Source of the DNA: the human T2T-CHM13v2.0 reference genome, Homo sapiens
DNA length: 64,000 nt
NCBI GenBank assembly: GCA_009914755.4
Contig: CP068257.2
Span: 11,744,001 to 11,808,000 of the forward strand
Reading direction: 5' to 3'
Made by a program: the position numbers and the translations under genes. Shown piece by piece: positions 27,715 through 41,949 of this stretch. Each line of letters opens with the position of its first letter. The stretch's first letter is position 1. Below the pieces are notes generated by a model, which was not told the DNA's origin, made no database searches, and was given only the letters and a program-made list of their open reading frames with translations.

Positions 27715-28283
27715 CCACATGAGGCAAAGCTGAATTTTTTTTATCTCTAAATCTTATGCTTCTAAATGACATTTTCTCAAACATAAATACTAACATTTGC
27801 ATTATTTGTATCAAATTTTCCCATCAAATTTTCTAAAGAAAACAACATTGGGAATAAAAGGCTCTCGGCATTTCAAATAGTTTAATATTCTTAATTCCAG
27901 ATTAAAATTTAAATTACAAAATTTACCTGCTTTGAGTGTTTCTCTGTCCTTTAATTCTAAGGCTTTATTTGGAAGAGAAACTTTCCTTCCACAGGTAGGC
28001 TAAATGGGTTTGGAAACACAAAAATTAATAGATAATGTATACTTCAAATATATGTAGTTAATATTCAAGATAGAAATATAAAAGTAATTACCTTCAGAAG
28101 ACCATCTTTATCAGGAGACTCTAAAAGAAAAGGGACATATATAATTGATTATATGCAAGCCTGACAAAGCCTACCAAGCATTCGTACAATGTGAATATGA
28201 AGATGAATCCTCATGCTTTGATTGAAAAGGGATTACACTAGGTTTTGGGGTCTTTTGGGTTTCTGTATTTGTTAACATGCCAA
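27715..28283 (+). repeat. Direct repeat unit 2 (~570 bp)
   Basis: 'ccacatgaggcaaagctgaattttttttatctctaaatcttatgcttctaaatgacattttctcaaacataaatac...gggtttctgtatttgttaacatgccaacggg'. Confidence 0.85.
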
Positions 28284-28841
28284 CGGGACAGAAATATACT
28301 TAAGAAAATTTAAAAAATAAATTTCATCAAACTTGCTATGAAGATTTCAACAGTCAAAATATATTTCAACTGACAATAACTAAAGTAGAAAAATCCTAAT
28401 ACCAGTAAGATTAATCTGCCGTATAGGGAAAGAAGTTGAATTTATTAAGATGACCAAGTCATGACCCCCCGCCAAAAAAAAAAAAAAGTCCTAGGTAATG
28501 GTAGAATGCTATGGCATACTGTTAAGGAAACACATCAGAATCTCTTATGTCAATATACTGCAAGTAGCTATTATGTTCTTCAATTTGTCCTGTAATTTAA
28601 GAATTGCAAAGCTGCGATGAGAATTCAAAGGTACAACTTACTTATCATTGCAGAGGATGTTCTAAATTTATCAGCATAAATATCTACTTATAGAATAAAA
28701 GTTTATGAATATATTTATTTTTGATCCTCTGTGATATAGGAGTATTTTTACATTTATGGGGTTCTCCGGTTTAGTCCTCTCAAAATTTCCTGATCCACTT
28801 ATACAGAAAAGTCAAAGCACACCCATCAACAAACTAATACA

Positions 28842-29140
28842 GTCCGGGTGCCATGGCTCATGCCTGTAACTCCGGAACCTTGGAAGCCCGAAGAGGGCGG
28901 ATGTCTCAAGGCCAGGAGTTCCAAAGCAGCCTGGCCAAAATAGCGAAACCCTGTCTCCACAAAAAATACAAAAATCATCCAGGTATGGTGGCACATGCCT
29001 GTAACCCCAGCTACTTGGGAGCCGGAGCTGTGAGAATCACTTGAACCCAGGAGGCCCAGGTGGCAGTGAGTCAAGATCATGCCACTGCACTCCAGCCTGG
29101 ATGACAGAGCGAGACTCTGTCTCAACAAAAGAAAAAACAC
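28842..29140 (+). mobile_element. Alu with A-rich tail, orthologous to 14874-15171; unoccupied L1 target 'aaaagaaaaaacacc' at 29127-29141
   Basis: 'gtccgggtgccatggctcatgcctgtaactccggaacc...gagcgagactctgtctcaacaaaagaaaaaacacctgatatgaaag' runs straight into the sequence that follows the L1 in copy A (18276 onward). Confidence 0.9.
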
Positions 29141-31526
29141 CTGATATGAAAGTATCAAAAACTAGACGTCAATTTCCAGAGACTTTTTACATATCATTAA
29201 CCTGCATATTTCAATGTTAGAATAATGGTTATTGAAAATAACAGTTTTATTGTTCAAGGAATGAATTCTACAATTGCTTTGCTTTGCTAAAACTAATTCT
29301 ATTTGTTATACCATGCGAGTTGTTAAACCACTGTTATGAAAAAGCTTTTATAGAAAGCTTAGCTTCAAGAAAAAACAGACATTTCTTTGACATAGAAATA
29401 TATCTCCTTTCATCAAATAATATGAATAAAACATGCTTAATCTCTCATTTTTCTCTACTTTGTTATTTTTCAGTAAGACACACTTTAATATATTTAGACA
29501 TGTCAAGTATATATGTTGTTTCCTTTGGAGTTGATTGATCAGTAATGAAGACACTTCAGGGGATATAAACTCTCTAAAACACACAAAATTTATGTGCAAG
29601 CATCCTTATGTTATGCTATGATGCATTTGCCAATTGAAAGGGGCAGAAGAAGGCATCTAAAAATCTTGAAAGTCGAACTATCTATTCAACATTTTGGACC
29701 TGCAGTGCTAAAAAATGAACTCACATTAGATTGAAGGAAAGCATAGGGAGATGTGAATGATATGAGCTGCTGAACAAGCTGTGTCTTCAACACAATCTCC
29801 TATTAGGGCAACATTCAAATAAAATAAATATATTGAGATTATATAGAATTATGATGCTGACTGGCCATGAATTCCAGAGGACACAAAAAAAGATTTGCGG
29901 AGTCAGAGGAATTGGAAGATAAGTCTATCTGGATAGCCATATCAGGACAGACATGGCTGAGAACAAAGCATTGTCTGTAATAGAACATACAAATTCTTCC
30001 TTAGAATGTAGTAAAGGGACTCCTTTATTCATATGCAGTTCCTGCCACAACTCTGAATGCATAGATTCTTTTGACTTTACATAAATGCCACAGATTTGTT
30101 TTTATTTTAATGAAGCCCAATGACAGGAGATCCACCAATAAACTGGAGGTAGCAAGTAGCTATTGAAAGTTAAGAAGTTTATGAAATTATTAGAAAATGT
30201 CTTATTGAAACTTTCTGTTACCCATCTCCTAGCATTCAACATCTACCCTCATCAAATTCTATTAGTAAATTTAATAATCACTTTTTGCACAATCAAATTT
30301 TTATTATGCTGGTTAAGTGGGACATACACCATGGTTCCAAATTTTCTATACTTTAAAATTCATTTTCTTCATTTATACTTCATACCATTCTAATTTTCGT
30401 AATTGGTTGAATTCATTGCTTCAATTTCTGATTAATTTCTCATATTATATAATCCTTGAGAGAAAATATGTCCTTCAAACTCAAATTGTTTGTTTCCAGT
30501 GCCATATAGTTAAACATTTCTTTTATTCAGTATGTATTTCAACCTTCCTTGTCTCTCCATAAATCACTATCCTTTTTTCCCTTTACAATTGGTAAATATT
30601 TTATTCTGCAAAGAGGATGGTCTCATTAATTTACCAAATATAATAGTTTTGTATAGGAAAATACATTGAAATTCTAAATATCTATTCAAAATGACATATA
30701 ACAAAACCAATTTTTTTCTTATCAATGGTATAACCAAACAATTTTGAAGAAAATGATGTTACTCAAAGACTTTCTTTATGTAATGTTGCTTAAAGTCACA
30801 GTTGCCAAGCATTTACCAACAACATCAAGCAAGGACTTCCTGTACTTAATATACAAATAGTTTTTTAAAAAAAACAAAATGTCTCTTTCCTCTGCTGAAT
30901 GCTGATTGCAGGCATTAAATCTCCAGTTGCTTGATGAATGCATATTCTTTTAAAAAACAAGCTATCATAACCTATTTTGAGTATAGCAATATTAACAATA
31001 TATTTTTATCTCCTTTGTGATAGATCAGTGAAGCAAGTTTTGAAATGAAGTTAGTAATTTTGAATTTAAATCTACAATTTAACTTTTTAAAAATGCTGAA
31101 ATTTTATGTAACACTTTTCAAAGGTCTTTAGCATAACAAGTTGGTGAGATGAAATGGTAAAATGTGCCAATTAGCTTCCTATCATAGTTCACTTATATAT
31201 CACTTGCATTTTAATAAGTATCGTTATAGATTTCTGAAAAGACCATTATCCTTAACAAACTAACACAAGAATAGAAAAGCAAATACCACATGTTCTCATT
31301 CTCATTTATAAGTGGGTGCTAAATGATGAGAATGTATAGACACACAGAGACCTAGGAGGGTGGGAGGAGAGAGAGGATCAGGAAAAAATAACTAATGGGT
31401 ATCAGGCTTAATACCTGGGTGATGAAATAATCTGTACAATGAACCTCCATGACACAAGCTTGCCTATGTAACAAATCTGCACTTGTATCCCTGAACTTAA
31501 AATAAAATAAAATATACAACTAGCAG

Positions 31527-31855
31527 AGACCAGGCATGGTGACCCAGGCCTATAATCCCAGCAGTTTTGGAAGCCGAACCAGGAGGATCACTTGAGACCA
31601 GGAGTTGGAGACCAGGAGTTGGAGACCAGCCTGGGGAACATGGTGTGACCCTGTGTCTACTAAGAAAAGAAAAAAAAAAAAAAACAGCCAGGAATGGTGG
31701 TGGTGCAGAACTGTAGTTCCAGCTACTTGGGAGTCTGGGATGGGAGGATCCCTTGAGCCTGGGAAGTCTAGGCTGCGGTGAGCCAAGATCATGCCACTGC
31801 ACTCCAGCAGGGGTGACAGAGTGAGACCCTGTCTTAGAAAAAAAAAGAAAAGAAA
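31527..31855 (+). mobile_element. Alu with short internal duplication ('ccaggagttggagaccaggagttggagaccag')
   Basis: 'agaccaggcatggtgacccaggcctataatcccagcagttttggaagccgaaccaggaggatcacttgagacc...gtgacagagtgagaccctgtcttagaaaaaaaaag'. Confidence 0.85.
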
Positions 31856-32196
31856 GTGCTAATCTAATTTCCCTACTGGAATCCCCTCTTCACCTGCCCT
31901 CTCTGGAACCTCACTTGTCAGTTCTTCCTCCAACTTCCCTGTGTCTTTAACCTGTCCCCCACCAATCCTTTTGGTCACTGTGGTGGCCAAAGTAATGCCC
32001 CCTACCAATTGCTCACGTCCTAGGTTACACAGCACAGTTTCAGAGGAAGGGGGATATTAAGAGTGCAGATGGAATTAATGTTACTCATCAGCTGTCCTTG
32101 AAACAAGATTATCCTGGAGTACCTGGGTGAGCCCATGTAATTACAAGGGTTCTTTAAATATGGACGAGGGAGGCAGGAAGTTAAGAACCAGACAGA

Positions 32197-32488
32197 GTGA
32201 GCACAGTGGCTCATGCTTGTAATATCAATACTTTGAAAGCCCTAGGCAGGAAAATCCCTTGAGTGCAGCAGTTCAAGGCCAGCCCTGGCAACACAGCCGG
32301 GCCCCACCTCTACCGAAAAATTCAAAATTCACTGAGTGTCATGGTGCTCACCTGTAGTCACAGCTACTCGAAAGGCCGTGGTAGGATTGCTAGCTTGGGG
32401 GGTTGAGGCTACAATGAGCTGTGATTGCACCACTGAACTCCATCCAGGGTGACAGAGCAAGATCCTGTTTCTGAAGAAAAAAAAAAAG
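32197..32488 (+). mobile_element. Alu (older, AluJ-like)
   Basis: 'gagcacagtggctcatgcttgtaatatcaatactttgaaagccctaggcaggaaaatcccttgagtgcagcagttcaaggccagccctggcaacacag...gacagagcaagatcctgtttctgaagaaaaaaaaaaa'. Confidence 0.85.
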
Positions 32489-32736
32489 GACATTGGAATC
32501 AGGGCTTCCTCCATCCTAAGGTGCCTGCAAGGCATCTCTCTCTGAAAATGAGTAAACATCCTCTAATTCTCCGCAGAGTGGAGCAGCAGGAAAACGCACT
32601 CACCTCATTTCTGTGCTGCTTGAGAGGCCTGGACATCCCAATAACCAGCTCATTCCTGATGAAGAAATCAGGAAATGGCTCGAGTTGAGCTACGGAGAAT
32701 TTGGTTCCTTCTTTTGGTTCTCAAGAGGCAGGGTGG

Positions 32737-32997
32737 GGGCCAGGCATAGTGGCTCATACTTGTAATTCTTGCACTTTGGGAGGCCTAGGGGAGAGGATCA
32801 CGTGAGGCCAAGAGTTCAAGACCAGCCTGGGAAACATAGCAAGACCCGGGTGGCATGCACCTGTGGTCCCCACTACTTGGTAGGATGTGGTGAGAGGATT
32901 GATCACTTGATCAACCCAGGAGTTTCAGGCTGCAGTGATCCATGATCACACCACTGAACTCTGGCCTGTGTGACAGAGCCAGACCATGCCTCAAAAA
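32737..32997 (+). mobile_element. Alu followed by (GA)n
   Basis: 'ggccaggcatagtggctcatacttgtaattcttgcactttgggaggcctagggga...gtgacagagccagaccatgcctcaaaaag'. Confidence 0.85.
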
Positions 32998-33000
32998 GTT

Positions 33001-33026
33001 AGAGAGAGAGAGAGAGAGAGAGAGAA
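33001..33026. repeat. (GA)n microsatellite
   Basis: 'agagagagagagagagagagagagaa'. Confidence 0.9.
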
Positions 33027-33041
33027 ACTATAGGCAGGCAC

Positions 33042-33166
33042 CAGCACATTCAGCTAATTTTTAAATATTCTGTAGAGATGAGGTTTTGCTAGGTTGCCTA
33101 GGCTGGTCTAAAACTCCTGGCATCAACAGATCCTCCCACCTCAGCTTCCAATGCCCTGGGATTATA
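33042..33166 (-). mobile_element. Alu fragment (left-arm portion), antisense
   Basis: 'cagctaatttttaaatattctgtagagatgaggttttgctaggttgcctaggctggtctaaaactcctggcatcaacagatcctcccacctcagcttccaatgccctgggattata'. Confidence 0.75.
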
Positions 33167-33258
33167 TTTTTTGTTTACTATCATTGAAGACACTTGTTCT
33201 TATACTGCTTTAAGGTATAAAAGGAAAAAAAACGCAGATAATAACAAATGTTGGTGAA

Positions 33259-33555
33259 GGCCAGGCACGGGGCCTCAGCTTGTTAATTCCAGAACTTTGG
33301 GAGGCTAAGGTGGCCAGATCATTGAGGCCAGGAGTATGAGACCAGACTGGGCAATATGGTCAAACCCCATCACTACAAAAAAAATATAAAAATTAGCCAG
33401 TCATGGTGCTGTGTACCTGTAATTCCCAGCTACTCAGGAGGCTGAGATGAGAGGATCACTTGTGCCTGGGAGTTCAAGGCTGCAGTGAACTGTAATGACA
33501 TCACTGCCCTCCAGCCTGAGAGACACAGCAGGCCCCTGTCTAGAAAAAAAAATAA
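33259..33555 (+). mobile_element. Alu, full length
   Basis: 'ggccaggcacggggcctcagcttgttaattccagaactttgggaggctaaggtggccagatcattgaggccaggagtatgagaccag...gagacacagcaggcccctgtctagaaaaaaaaa'. Confidence 0.85.
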
Positions 33556-33657
33556 TGTCAGTGAAGATGCAGAGGAATTGGACCCACACACATAACTGGT
33601 GGGAACATAAATTGCCATAACTACTTTAGGAATTTCTTTTCTTATCATTTTAATTGG

Positions 33658-33786
33658 ATTTTTTTTGAAATCAAGACAGGGTCTCGCTATCTTGCCTAGG
33701 CTAGTCTTGAACTTGTGGGCTCAAGTCATCCTCCCAACTGAGCCTCCTAAGTAGCTGGGATTACAGGTGTGAACCATCACACCCAA
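33658..33786 (-). mobile_element. Alu fragment, antisense
   Basis: Poly-T then 'gaaatcaagacagggtctcgctatcttgcctaggctagtcttgaacttgtgggctcaagtcatcctcccaactgagcctcctaagtagctgggattacaggtgtgaaccatcacacc'. Confidence 0.75.
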
Positions 33787-33844
33787 CTGATCTAATCACT
33801 TTAGAAAATGTCTGGCAGTTTCTCAAGAGCCTAAATGTGCAGTC

Positions 33845-34427
33845 ATCACATAATGCAACAATTTAACTCCTAGGCATATATCCCAGAGGAAAAAAAATAT
33901 ATATGTCCATACAAAATCTTGTATAGGAACCTTCATAGCAGCATTATTCATAATGGCCAATACATGAAAACAACCCAAATGTGCACCAACTGATGAATGG
34001 ATAAAAAAAATGCAGTGTGTTTCTACCATGGAATATTATTCAGCCACAGAAGGAATGAAATACTGATACACGCTACAACATAAAGGAACTTTGAAAACAT
34101 TGTACTAAGAAGGAAAGCAAGCCAGCCACAAAAGAACACATATTGTACAATTCTATTTGTCCAGATTAGGCAAATCTACAGTGACAGAAAAATCAATCAA
34201 TGGTTGTCTGAGGCTGGGGGCAAAGGCAGGTGGGGGGAGTAGGAGGCAGTGGCTAAGGGGTGCGGATTTCTCTACAGGGTAAGGAAAGTTTCTAAGAGTG
34301 ACTGTGGTGATCAGTGCACAGCTCTGTGAATATTCTAAAACCCACTGAACTGAAGATTTCAGCAAATAAATTGAATGATATGTGAATTACATTTTAATAA
34401 AGCTGTTATTTAAAATAATAATAATAA
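33845..34427 (+). mobile_element. Older LINE-1 (L1M/L1PB-type) 3' end: ORF2 C-terminus and 3' UTR ending in (AATAA)n
   Basis: 'ttcatagcagcattattcataatggccaatacatgaaaacaacccaaatgtgcaccaactgatgaatggataaaaaaaatgcagtgtgtttctaccatggaatattattcagccacagaaggaatgaaatactgatacacgctacaacataaaggaactttgaaaacattgtactaag...' closely follows the classic L1 3' consensus. Confidence 0.75.
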
Positions 34428-34725
<298 letters not shown>

Positions 34726-34735
34726 GGACAGAAAA

Positions 34736-35280
<545 letters not shown>

Positions 35281-35394
35281 TCAACAACAATTGGGCAGGG
35301 GTCTCCTCATCCACAGCCACACAAACCTGATCATGTGGCTATGCAGCTGAAAGGCCTGCATAGCCTAGATGGGACTGGTCCAACTTGAGATTTC

Positions 35395-35862
35395 ATTTTA
35401 TTTGGATTTGTATTTTGAGACGGGGTTCCACTCTGTCACCCAGGCTGGAGTACAGTGGTGTAATCATAGCTCACTGCAGCCTTGACCAACTGGCCTCAAG
35501 AGATCCTTCTGCCTCAGCCTCCCTAATACCTGGGAATGCAGGCAGGTTCCACCATGCCAGGCTATTTTTTTTTTTTAATTTTTGTTGAGAAAGAAGTCTT
35601 GCTATGTTGCCCAAGCTGGCCGCAAATTCCTAGCCTCAAGAGATCTGCCCACCTCAGCCTCCAGAGTAACTGGAACCACAGGAATACACAACCATGCCTG
35701 GCTATATTTATTTTCCTAAATTTCTTTCTTCTACTTTTGTAGAGAGGAGGTCTTGCTATTATTGCCCAGGCTGCTCTCTAACTCTTGGCCTTAAAAGATA
35801 CTCCCATCTCTGCCTCTCAAACTGTTAGAACTACAGGTGTGAGCCACTGCACCTGGCCTGAC
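35395..35862 (-). mobile_element. Alu (antisense, old) plus an additional adjacent antisense left-monomer fragment
   Basis: 'gagacggggttccactctgtcacccaggctggagtacagtggtgtaatcatagctcactgcagcc...ccaccatgccaggc(T)n...gtcttgctatgttgcccaagctggccgcaaattcctagcctcaagagatctgcccacctcagcctccagag...accatgcctggc' then '...gtcttgctattattgcccaggctgctctctaactcttggccttaaaagatactcccatctctgcctctcaaactgttagaactacaggtgtgagccactgcacctggcc'. Confidence 0.8.
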
Positions 35863-36574
35863 CTGAGATTTCATTAATCTAGCATCCTTTACTTAGTAGG
35901 ATTGGGAAAGGCAGCAGTGGTTTTTTTTAATTACTTAATAATTCAGTTTGAATCAAACTCAACCTTGACCCCTGCCTTCTCTCACACCCCATGTCCAGTC
36001 TGTCAGGATCCTGTTGACAGTCTTCAACATGTCTCCAGGCTCTGATCATCTCTCACCGCCACCATGACCCTGGTCAGGACCACTATCATCTCCCACCTGG
36101 ATGTGGTGACAGCTCGGCCTCCCTGCTTCTACCAAAATCTTCCTATAGTCTTTCCCAACTCAGCAGCCAGGGGTGCTTTTAAATAGGGAGACAGATGATG
36201 TCACCTGTCTGCTCAGAACCTTCCCGCAGTTCCCATCTCAGTCAGAGTAAAAGTCAAAGCCCCAGCAATAACCTCCCAGGGCTTACACAATCTGTACTGA
36301 TCTCAGCCCAGCTACTCCCTGGCCTCCTCCCCTGCTTCTCTTCCTCCCTCTCTCTGCTGCACCAGACTCCATCCTGAGCCTTAGACACACCAAGGAGTTC
36401 CCTCCTAACATCTTCACTCTGTTGCTTCTGCCTGCAATGCTCTTCCCTAAGCACCCTGGCCAGCTCCTTTCCCTCCTTGAAGCCTTTGCTCAATTTTCAC
36501 TTATGAGGACAACCCTGAACACTCTATTTAATATTGCCATCTGTCCCCACTTCCACCATGCTCACTCATTTGTT

Positions 36575-36863
36575 CTTTCTTTTTTTTTTTTTTTTGAGAC
36601 AAGACCTCCCTCTGTCACCCAGGCTAGAGTGCAGTGGCACAATCACAGCTCACTGCAACTTTGAACTCATATGCTCAAGCAATCCTCCTGCTTCAGTCTC
36701 CTTACTAGCTAAAACTACAGGTGTGTGCTACCAAGACTGGTTTTTTTGTAGACAGGGTCTCACTATGTTGTGCAGACTGGTTTTGAACTCCTGGGCTCAA
36801 CTCATCCTCCCACCTCAGCCTCCTAAAATGCTGGGATCACAGGTATGAGCCACTGTGCCTGGC
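36575..36863 (-). mobile_element. Alu (antisense), full length
   Basis: Poly-T then 'gagacaagacctccctctgtcacccaggctagagtgcagtggcacaatcacagctcactgcaac...gctgggatcacaggtatgagccactgtgcctggc'. Confidence 0.85.
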
Positions 36864-37225
36864 TTTGTGTTCATTTCTTCTTGCTTCTTTTACACAGTAC
36901 CCTACATTGAGTGGCTTAAAACACCACAAGTCTACTATCTGACAGTTCTGAAGCTCAGAAATCCAAAATAGGCATATCAAGGCTAAAGTCAAGGGGTCAG
37001 TAGGGCTGCATTCTCCTGGAGGGCCTAGAGAGAATGTGTTCCCTTGCCTTTTCCAGCTTCATGAAGCCACCCACATTCCTTGGCTCATGGCTCCTAACTC
37101 CGTCTTCAAAGCAAGAAGTGGAGCATCTTCAAATATGCCTCTCTCACCTCTGCTTCCATCATCACATCTCGTCCAATTCTGACTCTTCTACCTCCCTCTT
37201 GCTATTATAAAGACCCTTGTGATTG

Positions 37226-37665
37226 CTTGGCATGGTAGCTCACACCTGTAGTCCCAACACCCTGGGATGCCAAGGTGGGAGGAATGCTTGAGGCCTGGGG
37301 TTCAAGACCAGCCTGGGCAACATAGTGAGACTCCACCTCTACAGACATAGTAGTAATAATGAATATTAGCCAGTCGTTGTGATGCACACCAGTAGTCCAA
37401 GCTACATGAGAGGCTGAGATAAAAGAATTGCTTTAGCCCAGGAGTTTGAGACCGGTCTAGGCAACATAAAAAGATGGCATTTTTATAAAAAATAAAAAAA
37501 ATTATCTGGGCGTAGGTGGCATGCACCTGTAGTCCTGGCTACTCAGGAGGCTAAGGCGGGAGGATTGCTTGAGCCCAGGTTGAGGCTGCAGTGAGCTATG
37601 ATCACATCACTGCACTCCAGCCTGGGTCACAGAGTGAGACACTGTCTCAAAAATAGAAAACAAAA
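37226..37665 (+). mobile_element. FLAM-like monomer plus full Alu in tandem
   Basis: 'cttggcatggtagctcacacctgtagtcccaacaccctgggatgccaaggtgggaggaatgcttgaggcctggggttcaagaccagcctgggcaacatagtgagactccacctctac...' then '...attatctgggcgtaggtggcatgcacctgtagtcctggctactcaggaggctaaggcgggaggattgcttgagcccagg...gtcacagagtgagacactgtctcaaaaa'. Confidence 0.8.
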
Positions 37666-38237
37666 GAAGAGAAAGACACATTTGGTCTCTGCCCCTGGTC
37701 CTGGCACAGAGCTTCTAAAGCTCTTATAAAGTCCTCAGTGATAGAGGTGATAGGAGCATCTTTTGTTTCAATATTTGGTCTTAGTCCTAGGTTTCTAGCA
37801 CAAGATCCTCTTTGGATCACCCTACCCCCTACTTCCTACCCCATCCCCTACAAAACAACCCAATTCTTCTCCTTAATGGAGCTATATTACAAAAAGTTGT
37901 ACTCATTTATATTTTGAATTTCATTCATTAAAATTTTGTGGAAATTTGTTTTCTCTCTTGTTATACCTACATGCCATTCTTGTTTTCTCTCTTGTTATAC
38001 CTACATGCCATTCTTGGTTTTGTCTCTTAGTCTTTGAAGCCTAAAATATTTAGCATCTGTCCCTTTAATGTGTTGACCTTTGGACTAAAGGAACTGGGAG
38101 GACTTTGGACTGGAAGAAAGAAGACAATATGACAACCGCTCTCAAATATTTGCCGGACTCAACAGGGAGCTGGATCCATCCATCACCAGGGAATCTTTAC
38201 TACGGAACACTCTCCTACCTATGAAGAAAGAGGTAGC

Positions 38238-38425
38238 TCTGTCTCTACAAAAACAAACAAACAAAATTAAGCCATGCAGGGTAGTGTGCGCCTGTAAGTC
38301 CAGTGACTCAGGAGGCTGAGATGGGAGGACTGTTTGAGCTCAGGAGCTTGAGATTACAGTAAGCTATGATTGTGCCACTGCACTTCCAACCTGAACAGCA
38401 CAGCAAGAGTCTGTCTCTAAAAAGA
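38238..38425 (+). mobile_element. Alu, 5'-truncated
   Basis: 'gtctctacaaaaacaaacaaacaaaattaagccatgcagggtagtgtgcgcctgtaagtccagtgactcaggaggctgagatgggaggactgtttgagctcaggagcttgagattacagtaagctatgattgtgccactgcacttccaacctgaacagcacagcaagagtctgtctctaaaaag'. Confidence 0.75.
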
Positions 38426-38429
38426 AAGA

Positions 38430-39685
<1,256 letters not shown>

Positions 39686-40587
39686 TTTCTAAAAACCAAA
39701 GAGAAATGGAATGGTATATATTACCTATCAAATGCTGTGCTGGATACATTATAGCCATTATCTGATTAAGCTTCATGAAAGTCTGTGAGTCATTCAAGGC
39801 CAAGTATCTTTCTCAAAGTCTCACAGCTAGGAACGGGCAGTAAATTTTTTCACTAGACAATGGGTACTTTTCTACATAAGGGTCAAGGATCATCTGCCAG
39901 GGTTATTTAATACAAAGGAGATTTTCACATTAGAAAGCAGATTATTAATACAACCAATAATAATAGTAACATGCCTTTTGCATACATTATCTCCTTAATC
40001 CTCACAAATAGGAAAGAAAGAACCTAAGACATCAGAGAGCCACTTAGGATTAAGAATGCAAGCTGCCCCCAATATGCATCCTCTGTCCTTAAAGACCTGA
40101 GCTATGAACATGGAAAAGATTGAAAAACACTGCCTTCAGGTATGAATAAACATACATTAGATCTGAGTAAGAATGCATCACTTAGGGGGAAGGGAAGCAG
40201 ATGCTTATCTATTTTGTCTTATCTACTGATAACTAAATTCAGACATTGTAATAAAAGTAATACAAATGTTATAAATATATTTTCTCTTAATTTTTAAAGA
40301 GCAACGATTACAGTCTGAAAAACTGTCATTCAGCGACTAGTGCCATGCTGAGGCCAAATCTTTTGGTTTTCAATATCCAGCTTTATCATGTCACAATTAC
40401 CTTCAGATTCTTTTCCACTTAGATTGTAAAAATGCACATGAACTCAAAACTCTAGGTAAATCTATAAACCTATACCTATGAATCAACCTTTAATTCAATA
40501 AAAAATACACTTTCTCTACACACACTTTCTTTCCCTTTTTTATGTGCATTATCTTATTTAATCCTCAAAGCAATTCTCTGAGTTAGG

Positions 40588-40950
40588 AGTTTTTTTTTTT
40601 TAAGGGATACATGTGCAGAACATGCAGGTTTCTTACACAGGTATACACGTGCCATGGTGGTTTGCTGCACCCATCAACCTGTCATCTACATTAGGTATTT
40701 CTCCTAATGTTATCCCTCCCGTAGCCTCCCACCTCACACAGGCCCCAGTGTGTGATGTTTCCCTCCCTGTGTCCATGTGTTCTCATTGTTCAACTCCCAC
40801 CTATGTGTGAGAACATGCAGCGTTTGGTTTCCTGTTCTTGTGTTAATTTGCTGAGAATGATGGTTTCCAGCTTCATCCTGCAAAGGACATGAACTCATCA
40901 TTTTTATGGCTGCATAGTATTCCATGGTGTATATGTGCCACATTTTCTGG
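40588..40950 (-). mobile_element. LINE-1 3'-end fragment (L1PA-type), antisense
   Basis: Poly-T then 'aagggatacatgtgcagaacatgcaggtttcttacacaggtatacacgtgccatggtggtttgctgcacccatcaacctgtcatctacattaggtatttctcctaatg...tatggctgcatagtattccatggtgtatatgtgccacattttc'. Confidence 0.88.
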
Positions 40951-41949
40951 GAGTGTAAATTAGTTATTCCTCTTTTTTTAACCTTAAAATTTGAATTTAT
41001 GGAGCATTAAGTGCTTGACTGTAAAATCAAAAAGCAAAAAGAGATGTGAGGTCAAAGAAAGGAGAGACAGTGAAAAATGGGCCAGGAGTTAAAAAGTAAA
41101 ATTTTTCAGTAAAGAAGAACAGTTAAGATGGTTGTTCATGTTGTTATTGAAACAAAAGAGGTTTGGTCTAGGTCCTGCTGCTCACTGCATAGAAACCCAA
41201 TGACAAGTATTGCTAAGGAAGAAGGCTGTAACCCGGTGCTGCAGCCAAGGAGAGGGAAGCTCAGTCTCAAATCCATCTCCTTCACTGACTAAAACTAGGA
41301 GTCTATTTGGCAGGAAGAAATGCAACAATGTATAAGAAAACAGGAATTAGGGAGGAGCAAGGAAGCATCTGGGTACTGTGATATGGTGAATTGCAGATCT
41401 TTGATACTTTCTGAAGATCTTTTTTTGAGGAGGGAAGGCAGATAAGTATAGTTTCAAGCTTTAACAGCAGGGTTAAATTTCTACGTTTATCGTCTATGGG
41501 ACTACCAGGCTAGTTTCAAATTAAGCAATGATTCTATAGGTCCTTTTTGTTGTTTTAAAATCTGAAACAATTGAATGTATGTTATATGCTAGACCTAAAG
41601 AAAATCCATTTCATGTGCTAAAAACCAGAGTAGATCAAAGTAAAACCTGTTACAAATAGCCTATGAGTATCAAGTTTGGGAACACTATGAAAAATTCCAA
41701 AAAAGGTAATCAATTCATAAAACTTACAGATGAACAAATGAATATTTCAGAATTCTTATCAGTACTAAGTATGAACATGATTTTATCAATATTTTCATTA
41801 CTAATTATACAATAAGAACCTGACTTCTGACTATTCTAAGGTATAAATGTGTACTTTACCTTAAATAGGAAAATGTGTTGTATATCCATTTTGAGATTCA
41901 TTACAAGATTCACAGAAGAGAAAACTGATAGCCCTGTATCGATTAAAAG

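Larger units (their letters stand above)
25462..29605 (+). repeat. Segmental duplication copy B, with an intact L1 empty site and an extra internal insert plus duplication
   Basis: Collinear with 12932-18712 (see copy A). It has an extra 26276-27714 block relative to A. Confidence 0.85.
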
